Below, one piece after another: positions 26,430-37,824 of a stretch of 64,000 nt of DNA. Within the stretch, counting starts at the first letter, position 1. The number at the start of each line of letters is the position of its first letter. Source of the stretch: Trichosphaerium sp. ATCC 40318. Its lineage: Eukaryota > Protista > Tubulinea. A program made the translations under genes and the position numbers. The notes beneath the pieces were generated by a model. It worked only from the letters and a program-made list of their open reading frames with translations. It was not told the origin of the DNA and ran no database searches. The DNA is taken from contig JALMLS010000196.1 of the NCBI GenBank assembly GCA_038496445.1, positions 62,001 through 126,000 of the forward strand, in the 5' to 3' direction.

Positions 26430-27312
26430 TTATAGCCTTCCTTTGTATTTACGAATACGATCAGCTGGTTTATAACTTATTCGTTGACCGATAACCGCAT
26501 AGACCTTTCCGTTTACCCAAAATTGAAAGACACTACCGCGTTTTGGTACACCTAACAAAGACGTCATTACAAATCAAAAGTGTCACAAAAATCTTTCAAA
26601 AAAAGAGCTTACATTTTAGGCGGTTCTGTGCCGTCACAATCTTAAATAGATTCTCTGTTTCTATTAGTATTATACCTTCTAATCCAATGAGCTGAGGGCT
26701 CCTGGCTTTATGAACTAAGAGAGATGAGACAGGGTTTTTCAAATTTTAAACTATTAAGGACGTACCACGCGTATGTGCACCGTGATAGTCAGATTTTAGA
26801 AAGCGTATAGCAAACTCGTCACTTTGATGTAAAATGTCAAAATTTCTCACATTAAATCGTTTGCAGCGTACCCTCTGCTACCTTCCATAACTTTGGAGAT
26901 GTATTGCTTCCATAAATTATTCAAAGGAAGGTAATCTGAGTACCTAGTAGTTTGTTTGTAACAAGCGGCGTAAAAGACGTAAAAAATAGTTTCAATACGT
27001 ACACCAACACTTTTGGTAGCGCAAAAAAGCCTTTTTGCTTCCTTTCACGCGCTGTAATTTGTTTTAATTTCCTTCTCTTCGCTGGCCTCCCATGGCGTAT
27101 TCTAGGCTTCAGGACAACATCATTTATCTTTGGCATTAGCCGTTCGATTTCTTACCAACATTTTAACGTAAAGCACCGTTTTTTATCATACCTTGCTGTT
27201 TAGTATCAGTAGCAACCTGCGCTACGTAATTAGCCATCTCTTCATTATCATCTCTGGCATTTGGCCTTTTACCACCGTCGAGTGGTTTATACAAAGAACT
27301 AGATGCTGCCAT
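26430..27312 (-). CDS. POP4: RNase P/MRP subunit p29
   Basis: LWKQYI, LKSDYHGA, SPQLIGLEGIILIETENLFKIVT, VPKRGSVFQF and GQRISYKPADR match Rpp29/POP4. Confidence 0.9.
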
Positions 27313-27426
27313 GGCGAGTACTAACGCGTTTGATGCTCAAAAGACCAAGACAGACTTTGTACGTAACAACCGAAATTCAAAAAAAAAAATTACTCATACT
27401 GAAAGAGTTGTATTTGTACAAGAGGT

Positions 27427-30400
27427 TTACAAGATGGATGTGGGCAACAATAGCCATAAAGATAGTATGAAGCAGTTCACGATTGATAGTAAGACGACAA
27501 GTGGATTTCCAGAGCATCTGTAAGGCCAAACAGGGAAGAATTGTTCAGAGAACATACTCTCATGGCTGTAAAACAGTGCACCAAATCCTATCAATGATAC
27601 GAACCAAAACAACTTGTACATAAAGGTAGGAACGCCCCTAGAAGAATTATTAGACCACTTAATAATAACCTCTAGGATAAGACATACCTGCAGAAACAGC
27701 AACACATGGAGTAAAGGTAGTAAGAAGTACGCATATACGCATTGAGGAATATTACTATCCACGCAGTTGTAAAATCTGCTTGCAACCAGCTCCAAGCCAT
27801 TATAACTTTTATACTTTGTTAGTAAACATGTAATGATAATTTTAAAGTTATTTAAAAACAGTTCACGTACCAAAAGTCACATGATACCACACGTGAGCAA
27901 ATCCAGTAGACTCTCGCTTAAAAATACGGAAAAAAGTGTCAAGGCGCTCAAAGTGTTTGTACAAATAAAATTGGTAGAACCAAAACAACATGAGTTCTAC
28001 AACAACAATAAGCCTCAATTATCCAAATTGCAAATTTTTTTCTTTTGTTCAAAAAACAAGCGTACCGCTTGGTGCCTCTTTGTAACAAAAAAATGATTCG
28101 ACATCCTCAAAACCATTATTGAATTGCTCATAAGCGCTGTACGTTATACCACCACATATGATAGCAGACCAAAAAAAGTTGACAACATGATAAGGAAATC
28201 TAAAAATAATCATGCTGCTGGGACTCTTTCCTTTCCTATATTCATAATGTCAATGCATATATAACTTACTTTTATCATACCTGAATTGAGTAAATATCAT
28301 CGCACATACAAGATACAAGAGCGTTGTGAAAACTGGGAAGTCCCAAGTCGTCATTGGCCAATCAGTTCCTTTAAATGTTGCCAAGTTATGTACCCACTTT
28401 ATTGATACACCATACTCTTGGGCCAAGCCCTCAAGTTGCCACAAAATATCGCTTGTACCGGCACTTCCAGACATCAAGTCATAAACTAACTCAGAATTTG
28501 CCACTATTAAAAAGTTGTGAGTAACAAAACGCGTTTTATATGCACTGTAAGCGTTACCTGAATCGTATATACTTCTAAATGTATTCACAAAACCTTCTGC
28601 TGAAAAGAACTCATTTGCTTGATGTGTTAAATGAACACCAAATGTCTCCGCCTCACTGAGAATAACGTCCATGTCAAAATTTCCTGAACATAAAAAGTGA
28701 GCGACTGACCATACCACAAAAATGTATTTGTACGTGTAAAGGCGTAGTATCCAGCACCACAAATAATACCAACAAACATGAGTAGGAAAAAAATAAATGA
28801 GATCCAACCTACGTGACATACTTAGTTTACATTTAAACAACCAAAACAGTTTTTTTTTGTTAACTCACCTCCTTGCTTTTCTATTTTAGTAGCTGCAATG
28901 AGTTTATCTGAACCACAAGACAATACTGTTGTGTCATCAGGAGAAATAGCGACACCTATTCTTCGTTATATTTTTTATATAGCTTTTGTTTAGTACCTGT
29001 AATTACAAAGCCATGAACGTCTTTGATCATAATTCTTTTCAAAGTTGTTGCATCAACCACTGCAATCTTTCCTTTGTTACTACCCAGAGCGACTAATCCG
29101 CCTGTACTACTCAAAGCTAGCGCTGTAATTTGCGTTTTCATAACATTTTCTTTCTGTCAAACAATCAGCGAAAGTGTCAAACAACTAGCAAACTTACTTG
29201 TATTAACTGCCATGTACGCGTACTCCATTTACACAACAATCCTTTCATTTTCCCCTGAAACCCTCTAGTATAAAGCACTCGGCCGCTGGGCGAAAATCTA
29301 GAGCCTTTAAGAACAACGTATCATCAAAGGCTCAAGCGTACTTGCAACCCATAAATTTTAAACCAGGTTGAGATATCTCTGCAATGAGGTCTCCTGTGTG
29401 CATGTTCCATATTTTACAACACTGTTCAGTAACTGTAACTGCCTTTGATTGAGTGAGCATTGTCTTTTTTAATAACTTTGTGACACTTACCGTCGTACAC
29501 TCACGGTTTATTGTCAAATCTAAAATAGCATGCTCATGCGCTTCTATTTGATCTATTTGGTGCATCTCTGGTGTCCAAACACGCACGTGACCATCTTTAC
29601 CAGCGGTGTAAATCTCATCACCATAACCTGTATTAACCCAAGCCACTGCTCGCTATTCAAATATTAGGATTAATCATTTTGACTCATTTTTTGTACTTGG
29701 CGACCCTTTGTCTCTCTGTCCATATGCGCTTTTACTTCCGCTTCTGTAAAGTCAAGAAATTGTCTATTGATTATTTAAATAACCTCAAAAGGCGCTATGT
29801 AAAATTACCTGTTCAGTTTTTCTATGTAAGCGCGTTTCATGTTCTTTAAAAAATACGTTAAAAGTTAAAAAGCAAACAGTGAACAAACCTCATATTTTTC
29901 TCCTGACGCTTTAATATCAGTTTCTACTCTTGCAATAGCTTGTTTGAGTCTGTTGTTTTCTATGTTGTAAACACAACATGTCTCGTCAATACCAACAGCC
30001 ACCTTCCTGCCCTACACAACGTTATTTAACGAGACGTAACATATTTAACAATATATACCTCAGGATGCAATGCAAGATTCAATGGCTGACGTTGCCCAGT
30101 TTCGATTGATGACACTGTACGAATGCGACCATCCTGATAATGGAGTATATCCTAGTATTGTTTTGATTAATAATTGATTGTAAAGTCGAAAAAAAAAAAT
30201 TCTCTAAAAGGGAGTTTCAATTTTAGACTTTAAAACGTTTAAAATGATTACCACTGCGTTTGGGACGCCTGTACGAGATGCTCCGCCGCCTCTGGCGACA
30301 ATAACGTGTCCAGTACTAGAACAGACTATTGAGTGACAAGGAGCCTGTACTTCCACTTGAGGCATCCATGAGCTGAAAAATAGGGGTTCCTTTACTTCAT

Positions 30401-30692
30401 TTAGCGCCTGTCATACAAAATTCGCTAATGGTACCTCTTGTTCTGCTTTAGGGGCATTGGAGACGCCATTTTGAGGTTTTCTTTCAATTGAAGATGGCGC
30501 TTTAGGAAGAGAATTTGTTGTAAGCTGTCCATTAGCGCCAATTGGTGGAGCATTAAGCGTTAGAGGGGTTTGTTGTATTTTGCGAGCACCATTTGGCTGC
30601 AACGTGTTTTTTGCTTTTAACCTTTCGTTGTCACCACCATTCGGTTCGCCAGTTTTTCTTTGACGACGCCTCTCTAGCGCTCTTTGGCGCAT
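27427..30692 (-). CDS. SEC12/PREB-like WD40 Sar1-GEF plus TM anchor, fused to a degenerate ELO (GNS1/SUR4) elongase-like membrane domain; start at 30365 or, via a 27-nt intron, at 30692
   Basis: SEC12 signature ARGGGASRTGVPN, WD40 blades and VHGFVITG, then TM GWISFIFFLLMFVGIICGAGYYAF. It continues in frame by GT-AG splicing into WPMTTWDFPVFTTLLYLV...FWFYQFYLYKHFERLDTFFRIFKRESTGFAHVWYH...WIVIFLNAYMRTSYYLY...CSGN, which is the ELO motif order. Confidence 0.75.
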
Positions 30693-30915
30693 TGTTATAT
30701 TGAGAAATGGTTTGTTTTTTGAAAAAAATGTGCTTTTGTAAAAAAAACCGGCAGGTAATTCAAGGCTTGGCTGTCTCCCCACCTGTTGAATTCGTTACCA
30801 TTTGTGAAGCCTACTTAGCCTACAAGTCTATGTGTTTCAAGGCTACCATTCATGACCGGTTTTTTATAGAGCTTCTATTAACGCAGTTAACGCCGCAATT
30901 TTTGTTGAAAGAAGT

Positions 30916-33904
30916 ATGGCACAATTCCATGTGGAAGAACTGTTTGCGTGGAACGATCTGCCTACTGGGCGAAATTTGCACTCTTGTGTTGCTGTGCGGC
31001 AATACTGCTAGCGTTATTACGGCGCTGACAGGTGTAGGTAACCTCCCATCGCAGTCAAGAGTTATTCGCGTTTGGTGGCTGTTCTAAGTGGAACGATACG
31101 CTTGATTGCAGCAGTACGAACTCGTTAAAATTATGTTTTAACCAACTTTTCACCAACAGTTTAGTTATTTTCCCCTAAAGACTAATTCATGTTTAGTTGT
31201 CCACGTCTTTAATATTGGTACAATCGCTTTTTTCAAAACGTGTTGTTTGTTGTTTGTTTTTTATTGAATCATTACAGAGTCCCTCAATTGGGAAACCAAG
31301 CCTGCAACGACGAGACACGGGCGTGGAAATCTTAAACATCGCGCTGGTACGTCTTTCGAAGTTCATTGAAACTTTTTTTTTTCGGCCGTAAAGGGGTTGC
31401 TTTTTGAGTTGAACGCGCTCTACGCGTAGGAACTCAATATGTGCTTGTTAAAAAAACTGGTTGCTGTGCTATTAACCACCACCTCTTAAGGTCATTCAAC
31501 AGTAGTTGCAGGAGATAGATTGTTTATTGTATACGGCGGTTGGGCAAAACCTGGCACCATGCATAACGACTTGTGGTTCACAAAGCGTGAAGAAAGACCA
31601 GGTGAAATTAGCTGGGCTCAACTAGCAGCTAAAGGGCATTCACCATTTAAGTTATCGGGGCATACCGCGTCATTAGTTGAAGATGATAGAAATACCAGAA
31701 TGTACATGTTTGGAGGGTTTGCTGTAATGCCAGATGGTAGAAAAAAGTTAACTAATGCAATGTGGGTTTTGGATCAATTTTTCTGTGCGTAAACAAGCCT
31801 GTCGCTCCTGTATTAATGATGAGTAATAGCACAAAATGATGAACGTGCATGGAAGAGAATGACAACGACTGGAAAAGGTGAGCGAACTCAACAATGAGTT
31901 TTATCTGTTCTGGGTTTAAACTGATTGTTTTAAAGGACCGTCACCTAGGACAGGTCACACTCAGATTAGTATCACCACTTCAGTGTTTATATTTGGTGGT
32001 CGAATGGATGAGGTACATGAGTTCAAATGCATAATATGTTTCAATAATGGAGAGTGTTATAGGGAGTATCAAACGAATTGTTTGTTTTAGACGCTTCCAG
32101 TAATGCATGGATCACTATAGAGATAGAGGTACCTTGAGTTGTTGTTGGATTTCTTTACCTTATAACTGTACGAAAGGGACCCAAGCCATCTCCTAGATTC
32201 CATCATTCAATGTTCTTTGATGAAGAAGACAATGACTACTTTTATATTTATGGAGGTACAGATGGTAACACATTTTTCAATGACATTTGGCGATTCGATA
32301 CAAGTACGATTGAACTTAACTTCTCTCTGGTCCATGTGTAATTCTTTTTTGTTTAGCTTCATTCGAGTGGATGAAGGTTCAGTTATCTGGTAATGTACCA
32401 GCTGTATCAGGTCATAAAACAGTGTGCTCGAGAAGGGTAAATTCCTAGCTTGATTTTTTTTTTACCTAGTTTCTAACGACCCTGTAGAAATTTTATAATT
32501 TTGGTGGCACTTATGAACTAAAGCCTGGGAGCTTTAAGATAGCTAAACAAGAAGCTAAATCAGGAGATGATATTGCTACTATTTTTAAAACGCTAAAGTA
32601 CTCCAACGCAGTGCATGTTATTGAAAAAGGTGCAGAGTTAATTAAGTCTATCCCTTGATGTTAACTTTCTTGATAGTTTCTCCTTCTCTTGGACCTCACC
32701 TTCCTCTTACTGAAGTAGCTCTACATGATAGACCAACTATGTTAGATTCTGTTGTTAAGTCTCTAGAAGAGAACAATAGGGCCCTGCTCGGTGAAGAGCT
32801 TGCTCTCACTCCACAAGGATTAAAACTTGTTACTGAAAGCATCACATCATTGAGCAATAGAAAACCACTACAACATTCAGCACAAAGAGTTTGCAACCAG
32901 CTGCGAAGGCTATTGTATTGGCCTACTGATAAACGAGCTCCTGGTACTACTTATCAATGTAGCTCCCTTTGACCTCCTTACAATGTTATAGCGTTACAAG
33001 CATTTAGCATACTTGTGCTTAATAAACAAGTAGCTCAGTATTGGTACTCTGCTCAAAAAAATGCTACAATGTTTATTCAAACACTCTTGGATATTGGTAA
33101 GTTCGTTACCTTGCCTGCCAAAGTATTATTACTAAGGACTTTTTTTAAAGGTGTCAATGAACCTATATGCGCAACACGTACTGCAGGATTACGTGTAATA
33201 CAAAACTTGTTTAGTCACAAAATGTTTGCACGCCCACTTTACAGATGGGTTAAGAAGGTTAAACAACTTATTTCTTTTCGGTCTGCCTTTTTGTCTTCAT
33301 TAACGCTTTTCTCAGGTAATTAATTGTATGCAACGTTCTCTTAGTTATGATGATGAAGACGCATCTGAAAACCAGCTTGTAGAGGAACACGCAGCGATGA
33401 TTGATGTTCTAACAAAGTACTTTTTTTTTACTTCTTTTTTTTTGGTGTAGTGGACAAGTTTCTATCTAACGGGGTTTTTTTAAAAAAGCTACTGTATGAT
33501 GGTACAAAGACAGCAAGGTGGTGATGTCAAGGCAGCACTGCTAGCTCTAGCATCAGAGGTGTGTATAATCGTTTGATTTTGTTAACTTCTTATCAAATAT
33601 GATAACATACTGAACAACTTTCCTTTTATAGCTCCTCGCATCTGTTGAAAACAACAATAACATATTCAATATCTTGCGCGCTGTTGGAACACTGGTACTA
33701 GATAATTCTGAAAAGTCTTAAAGCTTCATATCTTAACACGTGATTTAGGTATTCCACAGGGATAAACCTACAATAATTTTAGCTGAGGACTTTAGCTTGG
33801 CCATGAAAGGATTACTGATACAACATGATGATTGGCCTGCCAATATCATTGATACTATAGATCATATTTACGCTTTGCTTGATGAACATGATCCTTTGTT
33901 GTAA
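30916..33904 (+). CDS. Kelch-repeat protein with C-terminal PUL-like armadillo domain, multi-exon
   Basis: Kelch blades (PTGRNLHSC..FAFGG, GHSTVV..LFIVYGG..NDLW, PSPRTGHT..FIFGG, PSPRFHHS..YIYGG..FNDIW), then LLYWPTDKRAPALQAFSILVL...GLRVIQNLF...LTNY...FNILRAVGTL, which fits the PUL pattern. Confidence 0.75.
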
Positions 33905-34313
33905 TGTAACCAAAATAAATTTTGGAGATTTATTGTGTACATTGTTTATCGCTTTCCTTTTCTGCAGCTTTACTCGAAACAACCTTACAATGTTGCGGAC
34001 AAAGCGACGAATAAAGGGGCTTTAGGCGTTGGCTGAGGAGTACGTACAAGTGTTGATTGAGATGGTGTTGCCGCTTCAGAAACACGTGAGCAGGTATTCC
34101 AAATACAACCCAATCTGATTCATGACAGGCACGGAAAACAAGAATGTAAACAAAGGTTTATGCCTTCGCTGTTGTAAATGACTTGAGGGTTTACAAAACA
34201 TACCTAAGTTGTCTGGACACAGCTGATCATTTTGCCAAAAAACAAAGTCTATTAATTAAAAGTACAAGTATTTTTTATTTACATCGTTGTTAGTTTTTTG
34301 TATGGGTTTGGGT

Positions 34314-34781
34314 CTAGGATAACTCTATCCCTTGTTCAAGAGCCCATTCTTCAAACACTTCACAGAACAGCTTATCGGCAGCTTCTTCAGAGGGATTCAC
34401 CACCAAGAGTTGCTGGTCCATTGCCAAAGTGGTTGTATCGCTTGTAGCCACTGGTGATATGACGGTTGGCACCTTTGATGCGGTTTTAAGCACCTTTGAA
34501 GATTGCACTGTGTTTTCACACTGTGTCTTGCCCTGGATCTTCACTTCACGTCGGAAGATCTTCTTGTGTCGTTTGATTTCTGTTTTGGGCAGGTCATCGT
34601 GAATTACTTTTATCACTGTAGTCTCTTGGCTGTGACTGTTCGTGTGAGTGCAGACAGTGCCAGTGGTGTCTTCTCTGTAAATATTGTCGTTGTCGAGGGT
34701 GTGCTTCGGTTTTGATCGCTTACCGTTCTTCTTGAATACGTTGCAGAATGTGTTGAAGCATTGTCTGATTGTGTCGAACAT
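34314..34781 (-). CDS. Hypothetical 155-aa intronless protein, copy A of the inverted pair
   Basis: ATG-initiated ORF in both arms. Several substitutions between copies are synonymous in this frame (ggt/gga, tca/tct, aga/cga, acg/aca). AATAAA follows the stop. Confidence 0.7.
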   Translation of the reverse strand: MFDTIRQCFNTFCNVFKKNGKRSKPKHTLDNDNIYREDTTGTVCTHTNSHSQETTVIKVIHDDLPKTEIKRHKKIFRREVKIQGKTQCENTVQSSKVLKTASKVPTVISPVATSDTTTLAMDQQLLVVNPSEEAADKLFCEVFEEWALEQGIELS

Positions 34782-35547
34782 TGGATGAGGTGTTTAATCG
34801 GTTTGAGTAGATGATTTGTGTGTTTTTGAAACTCGTGTAGTTTCTTGTCCAGGAAAGTTGAGAAATGCAAATGATAACTGCATTCAGCAACTGTTTGTTG
34901 TTTTTCTCAGAGTTTTGTTTTTAACATATCACCCCAAACACACTGTGGTGCCAATGTGAACCTAATCAAAGCGTTGTAGTTGTTCTCGGAGAAAAAGGGA
35001 TACGGCAACTACTACATTTAATTAAAAAAGTCATGAATAATCCCATAGCAAACAGTACAGATGCATACACTAGTCAACAAACATTGCAACACTTTTTGTA
35101 AAGAAGCGCACTAATATTTAAATATTTGGCGCTATTTCTGTACCTTTCTTTTAGACTTTACACCCACACTCAAAAAGGTTCCATGTACGTATGAAAGTAA
35201 CATACGATAATTAAAAACTCAACAACTACACAAGTTAAAACAGACCTTAAAATACCATGAGCCTTGCGCTGTATACCAAGGACAGACAACTTGAGTTTTT
35301 CATCAAGCATAAGTACATTGTACAAACGTTTTATTAATTCCAATGACCTATTCTACGCGCAGAGAATACATAGCATAGGTACTAGAAGTGTTTGGGGTGA
35401 TATGTTAAAAACAAAACTCTGAGAAAAACAACAAACAGTTGCTGAATGCAGTTATCATTTGCATTTCTCAACTTTCCTGGACAAGAAACTACACGAGTTT
35501 CAAAAACACACAAATCATCTACTCAAACCGATTAAACACCTCATCCA

Positions 35548-36015
35548 ATGTTCGACACAATCAGACAACGCTTCAACACATTCTGCAACGTATTCAAGAA
35601 GAACGGAAAGCGATCTAAACCGAAGCACACCCTCGACAACGACAATATTCTCCGAGAAGACACCAATGGCACTGCCTACGCCCACACAAACAGTCACAGC
35701 CAAGAGACTACAGTGATAAAAGTAATTCACGATGACCTGCCCAAAACAGAAATCAAACGACACAAGAAGATCTTCCGACGTGAAGTGAAGATCCAGGGCA
35801 AGACACAGTGTGAAAACACAGTGCAATCTTCAAAGGTGCTTAAAACCGCATCAAAGGTGCCAACCGTCATATCACCAGTGGCTACAAGCGATACAACCAC
35901 TTTGGCAATGGACCAGCAACTCTTGGTGGTGAATCCCTCTGAAGAAGCTGCCGATAAGCTGTTCTGTGAAGTGTTTGAAGAATGGGCTCTTGAACAAGGG
36001 ATAGAGTTATCCTAG
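35548..36015 (+). CDS. Hypothetical 155-aa intronless protein, copy B of the inverted pair
   Basis: As copy A. Differs at C8R, Y35L, T40N, V43A, C44Y and T45A. Confidence 0.7.
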   Translation: MFDTIRQRFNTFCNVFKKNGKRSKPKHTLDNDNILREDTNGTAYAHTNSHSQETTVIKVIHDDLPKTEIKRHKKIFRREVKIQGKTQCENTVQSSKVLKTASKVPTVISPVATSDTTTLAMDQQLLVVNPSEEAADKLFCEVFEEWALEQGIELS

Positions 36016-36225
36016 ACCCAAACCCATACAAAAAACTAACAACGATGTAAATAAAAAATACTTGTACTTTTAATTAGTAGACTTTGTTTGTGGTATAAAT
36101 GATCAGTTATTGAGTAAAACTGGATAATTTGTAGTGTCCATTGAACCTCGTTTTGTTTCTTTAACCAGAAAATATGATTTGATTTATTAGTCTATACAGC
36201 AATAATTACCTTCAAAGGAGAACCA

Positions 36226-36884
36226 CTATAGATTCAGCTCGAATTCTTTTAAGTCACATGTAAATGAGTCGAATTTGTGCCACTCATCATAACCAAATGA
36301 ACCGCCAAAAACATTAAATAAAGCAGATACCTTATCAACAGTAACTTGCTTTCTATTCCAGTCTACTTCATATTCGAATGGCCCAGCTATATTAATATCT
36401 ACATAACTAACTTGATATCCCATCCGTATGACATTGGCTTCTTTCATTAGTTGATGTGACATGTGACGAAGAATTGCAGGGCCAACACGAAAAGCCATAA
36501 ACAATTTTTTAATGTCATTCGTTTCTTTTGGTGTATTTTTTAGGTCCTTCTCTGCAAGGTATTTAGGCGAGTATTTGTTAAATGTTGGTGTTGATGGTAA
36601 ACGTGTTTCTCTTGATAAAGCGATTTCAATGTATCGTGAGGGCTTGCTAGTAATGAATTAAAGGTATCAGCGTCATTATTGGCAACAATTTCTAGCTGTT
36701 CTCTCCAGCTATCTTGAGATAAATCTTTGAACCATAACACGTGATAAAAATACTTGTTTGATACCCGCAAAGCACAAAAAGTATCAACAGACATTTGGCC
36801 AGCAATTAATACCCACACTTCGTTTGGAAGAGTAGGTAGGTCTCCAGTGTGTTGGCAATCTTTGTTCACAGAGCTTCCCATCAC
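36226..36884 (-). CDS. F-box-like protein (frame change near 36650-36730: intron or frameshift, possibly a pseudogene)
   Basis: LPTLPNEVWVLIAGQMSVDTFCALRVSNKYFYHV is an F-box pattern. The downstream open frame (…KKLFMAFRVG…ELNL*) is in a different frame. Confidence 0.55.
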
Positions 36885-37824
36885 GTTTATTTGATGGCAA
36901 ACAAGTCTTGCTTTGTGTTAAGTGAAAAGAATACAACTGAAACTCTTTGACTCTGTAACTGCCTCGTGTTGCACAGCACTTATTAGGTTTTTGATGTTAT
37001 TAAAATCAAGTGCACAGGCATCAAATTAGTATGCTTGATCATAACTCAATGCACCACAACAATGATTGAACAAACCAGAATTTATCAAAAGATATTTAAG
37101 TTTTCTGTTGATTCCAGTTTATTTTGGGTTAAAATGGACCAACTTTTGTACATTTTGACCTTGAAGGTGTATAGCTTTGTAATAAACACAATATGCTGAC
37201 CATGAGCATTTTGTTAAGTCATTAGTTTCTTTTGGAATCTGTCTTTCTTCTTTTCTCCAATTCTTCAGCAAGCTTATGCTATTCTTCCGTTTCATCGGGC
37301 ACAGAGACCATGATATATCGTTTGGAGTTTGTAGAAGTTGGATAAGGATCGATGTCAATAATTGAGCGAGTACCTGTTCTTCAGAAAGCTTTTGATTTAA
37401 GCTTGACTGAATCTGTTGAGTGCTTTATCTGTACTACATTAGAATCTACAAAAGGTCTAAATAAATACAATGCATGCAAGATGTTTGGGACTAAAAACTA
37501 GCACCTCCAGACTAGACTGATTTGCCTCTTTTTGCATGTTCTACGAACCATATCCAAAACGAAAGCTGCTTTCCTTATTTATCATAAAAGCAACACGCAC
37601 ATTTGTCATTCTGTGTTTTGATTTACAGAACATTCTGGGTGCTATTTACCTATCAACGTGTGTTTACACCAATTAAAACAAATTCAATATCCATGGTAGA
37701 CTTACTAGTAAGCGAGTCGGACACGTGGGGTTTTTTTCGAGGTATCAAAACAAGGTGAGTCAGCTTGCAAACTTCTCATTACTATCTTTTTATTTTGACG
37801 TTTTAAATACATGCACAACTTGCT

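Larger units (their letters stand above)
34222..36106. repeat. Large inverted repeat: arms about 34222-34941 and 35388-36106 (~720 bp) with a ~445-bp unique spacer
   Basis: Direct comparison of the reverse complement: identical apart from 12 substitutions in one ~120-bp patch and a few mismatches at the outer ends. Confidence 0.97.

Noticed and set aside
34620-35700. Diversity-generating retroelement TR/VR pair as the explanation for the variable patch
   Set aside because: Substitutions are not adenine-specific on either strand (t/c, t/a, g/a, c/a mixed) and there is no reverse transcriptase in the window.
35459-35716. Overlapping 85-aa ORF (and its mirror 34613-34870) as real genes
   Set aside because: TTG start, and the synonymous changes fall in the 155-aa frame.
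34222-36106. Foldback transposon or MITE with TIRs
   Set aside because: The arms consist of the gene and its flanks and the outer ends decay gradually. No target-site duplication or transposase was seen.
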